A stretch of DNA of 41,873 bases, from the IMG/VR virus record IMGVR_UViG_3300046836_000283, positions 1 to 41,873 of that record; one strand, 5' to 3'. A model generated the notes under the pieces. It saw nothing but the letters and a program-made list of their open reading frames with translations, did no database searches and was not told the origin of the DNA. The translations under genes and the position numbers were made by a program. Below, piece by piece: positions 38,019 through 41,873 of the stretch (position 1 is its first letter; every line of letters begins with the position of its first letter). Source of the stretch: a virus.

Positions 38019-39208
38019 TGGCTCGGCTGCTGTTGCTGGGTTCCGGCGGCTGCGGCGCCCCCGCCTGCGATCAGGCCGGCGAGGCCATACTTGCGGAGTA
38101 TCTCGATCGTGGCGGGGTCGAACACGACGTAGTTGTGCGTGCCTTGGCCAGCGCCGCGGCTGCCTTGGTCGAGGTAGCGAATGCCGGGAATGCCAGCGGC
38201 TTGCATCTGCTCAGCGGGCGCTGCTGGTGCGCCTGGGTTATTCTTAGCTAGGTAGCTATGCAAGTCAGAACCGGTCCAATTCGACGTGTTCCCTAGATCG
38301 TCTCGCATCGTCTTGCTGACATATTGCGCGGTAGACATATCCGGCCAACCATCAGGGCGTCCGATGACGTTGCCGTTTAATGTTGTCCCCCAGCGTCCAT
38401 TTGGCAGGCGCGTCACGCCGTCAGGCACTTGGGGAACGAGAGATTGCACCGCCGGATGCTGCTCGCTGAGCGGCTTGTCCCAGTCGAGGAAATGCTCCGG
38501 ATCAGCGCCGATGTTCACCTGATACATGTGGCCACCAGCAGGTTTTAAGTCGCCGCCCGATTTGAGATACTGAATTGCCTGATTGATCTTATCCGCTTCG
38601 CCTGGCGGATAATTATTAGGGTATTGGTCTATCTGGCGTTGCACGAACTCAAGATGGGAAATCCCTCCTTCATGCCCGCCCTGCATATTTGCCCAGAACT
38701 TCGCCACCCCTTCAGGCGTATCCGTTTCGGATCGACTCGCTAAGACATCGCGATACTGCCGCGCCACACCCTCGCCCTCCGCGAAGTAAAGCCCTCTGCC
38801 GTATGCCTGCGCGCCCTCGCCTGTGCCGATGAAGCGGTCGTCAAAGCGGTTAAAGTCTGCTGGTGATCCGTGATACGCCACGATGCCCGGGGGCGGCACG
38901 TCACCCGGCGCGGTGGTGCCCATCATGACGCCCTGTGCGGTCTGTCCGACCCCCTGGATGAGGCCCTTCTGCGTTGGCAGGCCGGTGTCTGGATCGAGCA
39001 GGCCCTGGCGCGTGCTCTCGGCGCGCTGGTCCTGCAGCCACTGCCACGCCTGCCGGCCCGCTGCTGCCACGCCTGCGCCCTGGCTCGTGGGGCTGGGCGG
39101 CGCGGCGTAGTTGAGCATCGGCGGCCCGAGGCCGTTGGGTTGGCCCACGGGGCTGTTGGGCTGCCACAGCCACGGCATGTTCGGTGGTGCTAGGCTGTTG
39201 TCTGGCAT
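38015..39208 (-). CDS. Hypothetical protein (397 aa), possibly virion-associated
   Basis: Long high-GC3 ORF. Motifs VAYHGSPADFNRFDDRFIGTGEGAQAYGRGLYFAE and AGIPGIRYLDQGS...THNYVVFDPATIEIL. Confidence 0.55.
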   Translation of the reverse strand: MPDNSLAPPNMPWLWQPNSPVGQPNGLGPPMLNYAAPPSPTSQGAGVAAAGRQAWQWLQDQRAESTRQGLLDPDTGLPTQKGLIQGVGQTAQGVMMGTTAPGDVPPPGIVAYHGSPADFNRFDDRFIGTGEGAQAYGRGLYFAEGEGVARQYRDVLASRSETDTPEGVAKFWANMQGGHEGGISHLEFVQRQIDQYPNNYPPGEADKINQAIQYLKSGGDLKPAGGHMYQVNIGADPEHFLDWDKPLSEQHPAVQSLVPQVPDGVTRLPNGRWGTTLNGNVIGRPDGWPDMSTAQYVSKTMRDDLGNTSNWTGSDLHSYLAKNNPGAPAAPAEQMQAAGIPGIRYLDQGSRGAGQGTHNYVVFDPATIEILRKYGLAGLIAGGGAAAAGTQQQQPSQ

Positions 39209-39346
39209 GGTGCATTGCTGCCGTTATGAACCGAACTGCCGTTTTAAATTCGCAGTCGGCCCTGTTTTCCGACGCCTCGCCAATCGTGCGATTGGTCTAG
39301 ACCTTAGCGCTGCGGTTGTTCCGACCGATAATATCCCTTTGTGGAC

Positions 39347-39502
39347 TCAATCCTTGTGCTGGCGGTCCCATTCATCAAGCGCCTCGTAGAGCCTGCGATA
39401 CAACTCCCATCGCATGACGGCCCACTTGGCCTCCTCGATCAGCTCCACGACCGTCTTTTGCGCGCACCAGTCGAGCACAGGGCGCCCCGCGTCAGTCGTC
39501 AT
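39347..39502 (-). CDS. Small hypothetical protein (51 aa)
   Basis: Starts at an internal ATG with an 11-nt overlap on the upstream gene. Confidence 0.4.
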   Translation of the reverse strand: MTTDAGRPVLDWCAQKTVVELIEEAKWAVMRWELYRRLYEALDEWDRQHKD

Positions 39503-39662
39503 GCCGCACCGCTTTGAGTATCGCCGCAACCTCGGCAGATACGACACGCATCTCGTCGAGCGTCGGGTGTGCAGGATCGCGGCAGTAGTTGGTCATGAGC
39601 GCGCCGATCACCAGTTCCACTGCTGCGGCGCGGCCTTCGTGGTCGGGTGCCTCACTCGTCAT
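39492..39662 (-). CDS. Small hypothetical protein (56 aa)
   Basis: The ATG at 39662 is 5 nt after the upstream stop. Confidence 0.4.
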   Translation of the reverse strand: MTSEAPDHEGRAAAVELVIGALMTNYCRDPAHPTLDEMRVVSAEVAAILKAVRHDD

Positions 39663-39667
39663 GCTAC

Positions 39668-39916
39668 TCACCCCTGCCCCGGCCCCAGTCTGTCCCGACC
39701 AGCGACGATCGGAGCGGTGACGCGCCCCACCTCCTCGGCCACGCACACCTCAGCGTAGTCTCGGAACCACGGCGTGACCCACGACGCGCGCTCCAGGATC
39801 TCGGCCTCACTCATCTCGCCAGCGGTTGAGCGCACGAACGCCTCAGCCCACTTGGCTGGATCGGTGCCAACCGCGCGCTGGAACTGCGCGCCGCTCATCG
39901 TGGTGGTGTCAGTCAT
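39668..39916 (-). CDS. Hypothetical protein (82 aa)
   Basis: ATGA overlap at 39913-39916. Confidence 0.5.
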   Translation of the reverse strand: MTDTTTMSGAQFQRAVGTDPAKWAEAFVRSTAGEMSEAEILERASWVTPWFRDYAEVCVAEEVGRVTAPIVAGRDRLGPGQG

Positions 39917-40149
39917 GGCCGCTCCATCACGCTCATCTTCCTGGTGATCCACCACCACGCTGTCGGATGGGACGATTGGCAATCAGGATGAGGCATTCGG
40001 TAAGGCACGCAGGAGGCGCAGCGGCCAACGCCAGCGGGTGCCTTCGGATAGAACCAGAGCCTTCCTATTTGGCTCATAACCACGCTGGCGATTGTGTCGG
40101 GCGGCCGCTGGGCAGGCAGCGTGGTGGTGTCTGGCTTGTCGTCGCTCAT
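39913..40149 (-). CDS. Hypothetical protein (78 aa)
   Basis: ATGA overlap at 40146-40149. Confidence 0.5.
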   Translation of the reverse strand: MSDDKPDTTTLPAQRPPDTIASVVMSQIGRLWFYPKAPAGVGRCASCVPYRMPHPDCQSSHPTAWWWITRKMSVMERP

Positions 40150-40409
40150 GCGTCCCTCACTGGCAGCAGGTATCGCAGCGACCGCTGGGCCCTCTGCACG
40201 TCTCCCCCAGCCGCGTCCAGCACGCCGGCCAGTGAGGAGCCGCGCGCCGTGCGTGGGTAGTCGGCACAGAACCGGCGCCACGCCTGCGGCATCTCATCGA
40301 ACGCCGCCATCGACGCCCTGGCTCGTAAGACCTGTGCCCAGTCCGCCTTGGTCAGCCGCACGCGGAGCGGCTTTGCGGGAGCGACGGTTGCGCGACGACG
40401 CCTCCTCAT
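40146..40409 (-). CDS. Hypothetical protein (87 aa)
   Basis: GGAGGA lies 9 nt upstream of the ATG at 40409. Third-position GC favours this frame from about 40380 downward. Confidence 0.5.
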   Translation of the reverse strand: MRRRRRATVAPAKPLRVRLTKADWAQVLRARASMAAFDEMPQAWRRFCADYPRTARGSSLAGVLDAAGGDVQRAQRSLRYLLPVRDA

Positions 40410-40608
40410 TCCACCATTCCTCCATCATCGCGCGCAGACGCGCCACATCACCGCGACCAATGGCTAAACTGCGATAGCCTGCGCCGCACTCGCATTTGAG
40501 GCTGCGACAGAACGCATCAGGGCTCTCCCTTGGCACAGACACAGGCCAACGGCGGCGAGTCCAGCACTTATGGCAGGAAATAAGCACGACCCTATCATCG
40601 TCGCTCAT
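40294..40608 (-). CDS. Small Cys-rich (zinc-ribbon-like) protein; the 3' part overlaps the next gene by 116 nt
   Basis: ATGA overlap with the terL stop. Contains CHKC...CECG. There is no in-frame stop before 40294. Confidence 0.45.
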   Translation of the reverse strand: MSDDDRVVLISCHKCWTRRRWPVSVPRESPDAFCRSLKCECGAGYRSLAIGRGDVARLRAMMEEWWNEEASSRNRRSRKAAPRAADQGGLGTGLTSQGVDGGVR

Positions 40609-41873
40609 GCTACGCGCCACGACTCAACTGTGCTCTGCGATGCGCGGGCGAAGGCGCGGTCCCATGAGTCCTCGGGCGGCTTCGGCGGCTTCTCAGGCTG
40701 CATCTGGCGCCAGGCGAGACCGAGGTAGCGGAACGCGTCGGCGCCATGCGAGGCCCAGTCATGTCGGGGTCGGTCGGTGAACGCCTTGCGCTTGTCGTCG
40801 TAGTCGGCGCGATAGGCACGCAGCGCCTCGAGGCCGTCATGACACTTGTATGCATCGAACCAGCAGGACGCGATGCTGATGCGCGCGGCGTTAATGCCAT
40901 CCATGAGGTTCTGTTGCGCGAGCACGCGCGGGATGCGGTTGGTGAGGCTGTGCAGCGTTTCCCACAGCGATCTGCCAGTGCCGAGCTGTCGCGCCTGGGC
41001 GTCGTGCGGCAGGTAGTCGGTGCCGTAGGTGTAGCCGCGCGAGGTGAGCACTGCGGCGTAGTGTGGGAGGCCGTAGCCGGATGCCTCGTAGTAGTCGATC
41101 ACACGCACCTCGGCGCGGGAGACCTGAAAGAACCAGATGGCGGTGCTGTCTCCGACGCCCAGATCCCAGGCGGTGTGAACGGGGAGCAGCGGATCGTAGG
41201 GCACGTCACCGATGCGACCGGCGTTCTGCGCCTCGTCCAGCTCCTTCGCGAAGTAAGCGCCGACGATGGCGGCGTCGAAGCTGCAGAGGAACTCTTGGGC
41301 GAACTGTTCCGGCGTAAGAACGCGACGCGCGCTTTCGAGTTCCTCCCGATCGAGGATGCCGGTTTCGTCGGCACGCAGCTCGAGCGAGAACCATTCATCG
41401 GGGTTTTTACGTGCGTAGTCGTAGATCTCAAAGAAGGAGTTGCGGCCCTTCGGTGTGCCGATGAATGTTGCCCAGCCTTTGCGGTCAGCGAGCGCTGGTC
41501 GAATAACCTGTGCCCAGGCTTGCGGCGCCATATCGGCGTATTCATCCATCACAACGCCATCGAGATAGATGCCGCGTAACCTGTCGTGGTTGTCAGAGCC
41601 ATACAAACGTATACGCGCGCCGGTCGGAAAGATAACGGACAGGTCACTCTCACGAAGCTCAACGCCTGGTATGCGGTGTGTATACTCTTTGAGATACGAC
41701 CAGACGACATCCTTGGCCTGTGTATACGTCGGTGCGACGTAGCCGAAGCGCGCGTCCTTCTTCTTAGACTTCAGAGTCGCATGGATAAGATCCATGATGC
41801 AGGCTACGGATTTTCCAGCTCTGCGATGAGCAACAATGCAAGCCCAGCGCTGGCGCCGCTTGTGGTAGGCGAC
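40605..41873 (-). CDS. terL: Terminase large subunit (C-terminal 391 codons plus repeat-encoded segment; true start at 143 across the junction)
   Basis: Walker B LDGVVMDEYAD. Nuclease-domain motifs TAWDLGVGDSTAIWFFQ, DYLPHDA and GADAFRYL. The frame is open to the window end (VAYHKRRQRWACIVAHRRAGKS...). Confidence 0.9.
   Translation of the reverse strand, partial: VAYHKRRQRWACIVAHRRAGKSVACIMDLIHATLKSKKKDARFGYVAPTYTQAKDVVWSYLKEYTHRIPGVELRESDLSVIFPTGARIRLYGSDNHDRLRGIYLDGVVMDEYADMAPQAWAQVIRPALADRKGWATFIGTPKGRNSFFEIYDYARKNPDEWFSLELRADETGILDREELESARRVLTPEQFAQEFLCSFDAAIVGAYFAKELDEAQNAGRIGDVPYDPLLPVHTAWDLGVGDSTAIWFFQVSRAEVRVIDYYEASGYGLPHYAAVLTSRGYTYGTDYLPHDAQARQLGTGRSLWETLHSLTNRIPRVLAQQNLMDGINAARISIASCWFDAYKCHDGLEALRAYRADYDDKRKAFTDRPRHDWASHGADAFRYLGLAWRQMQPEKPPKPPEDSWDRAFARASQSTVESWRVA
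41779..41873. repeat. Second copy of the 95-nt terminal repeat
   Basis: Exact copy of 1-95. Confidence 0.95.

Overview
The window is one complete, circularly permuted phage genome. The first 95 nt are repeated exactly as the last 95 nt, giving a unit length of 41,778 bp, and the join splits the large terminase gene. GC content is high, roughly 65% by eye.

Layout:
- The minus strand carries a long packaging and structural operon: terS, terL, small genes, portal, an accessory island, a GcrA-like regulator, scaffold, an N4/DUF4043-type capsid, a decoration protein, an adaptor, collagen-like fibres, a beta-helix tailspike, a P22 gp10-like hub and SLT-containing ejection proteins.
- A leftward early operon (7195 down to 1664) encodes a Cro-like HTH, VRR-NUC, an IS110-Tnp/HhH-like protein, a PD-(D/E)xK nuclease, a DUF1376 replication protein with an internal ori-like iteron and AT-rich patch, and a NusG/RfaH paralog.
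- A rightward early operon (7306-11664) encodes an XRE regulator, RecT, coiled-coil proteins and small membrane peptides.
- Genes are packed with ATGA, GTGA or TGATG start/stop overlaps.
- Several plus-strand genes lie antisense inside the late operon: two HNH-AP2 homing endonucleases, a trio of small genes and an HTH-like gene.

I recognised no integrase, partition genes, canonical endolysin, tRNA or CRISPR. The GcrA-like and PEP-CTERM genes suggest an alphaproteobacterial-type host.

The most unusual signal is a family of about 12 co-oriented 42-nt hairpin elements (G-run-CA, N28, GG-C-run). Their spacing is invariant and their stems covary. They are confined to 4.4-6.15 kb, partly inside genes in two different codon phases and partly as a six-unit tandem array in a 516-bp stretch with no self-contained CDS.

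All homology calls come from motif recognition by eye. No searches were run.
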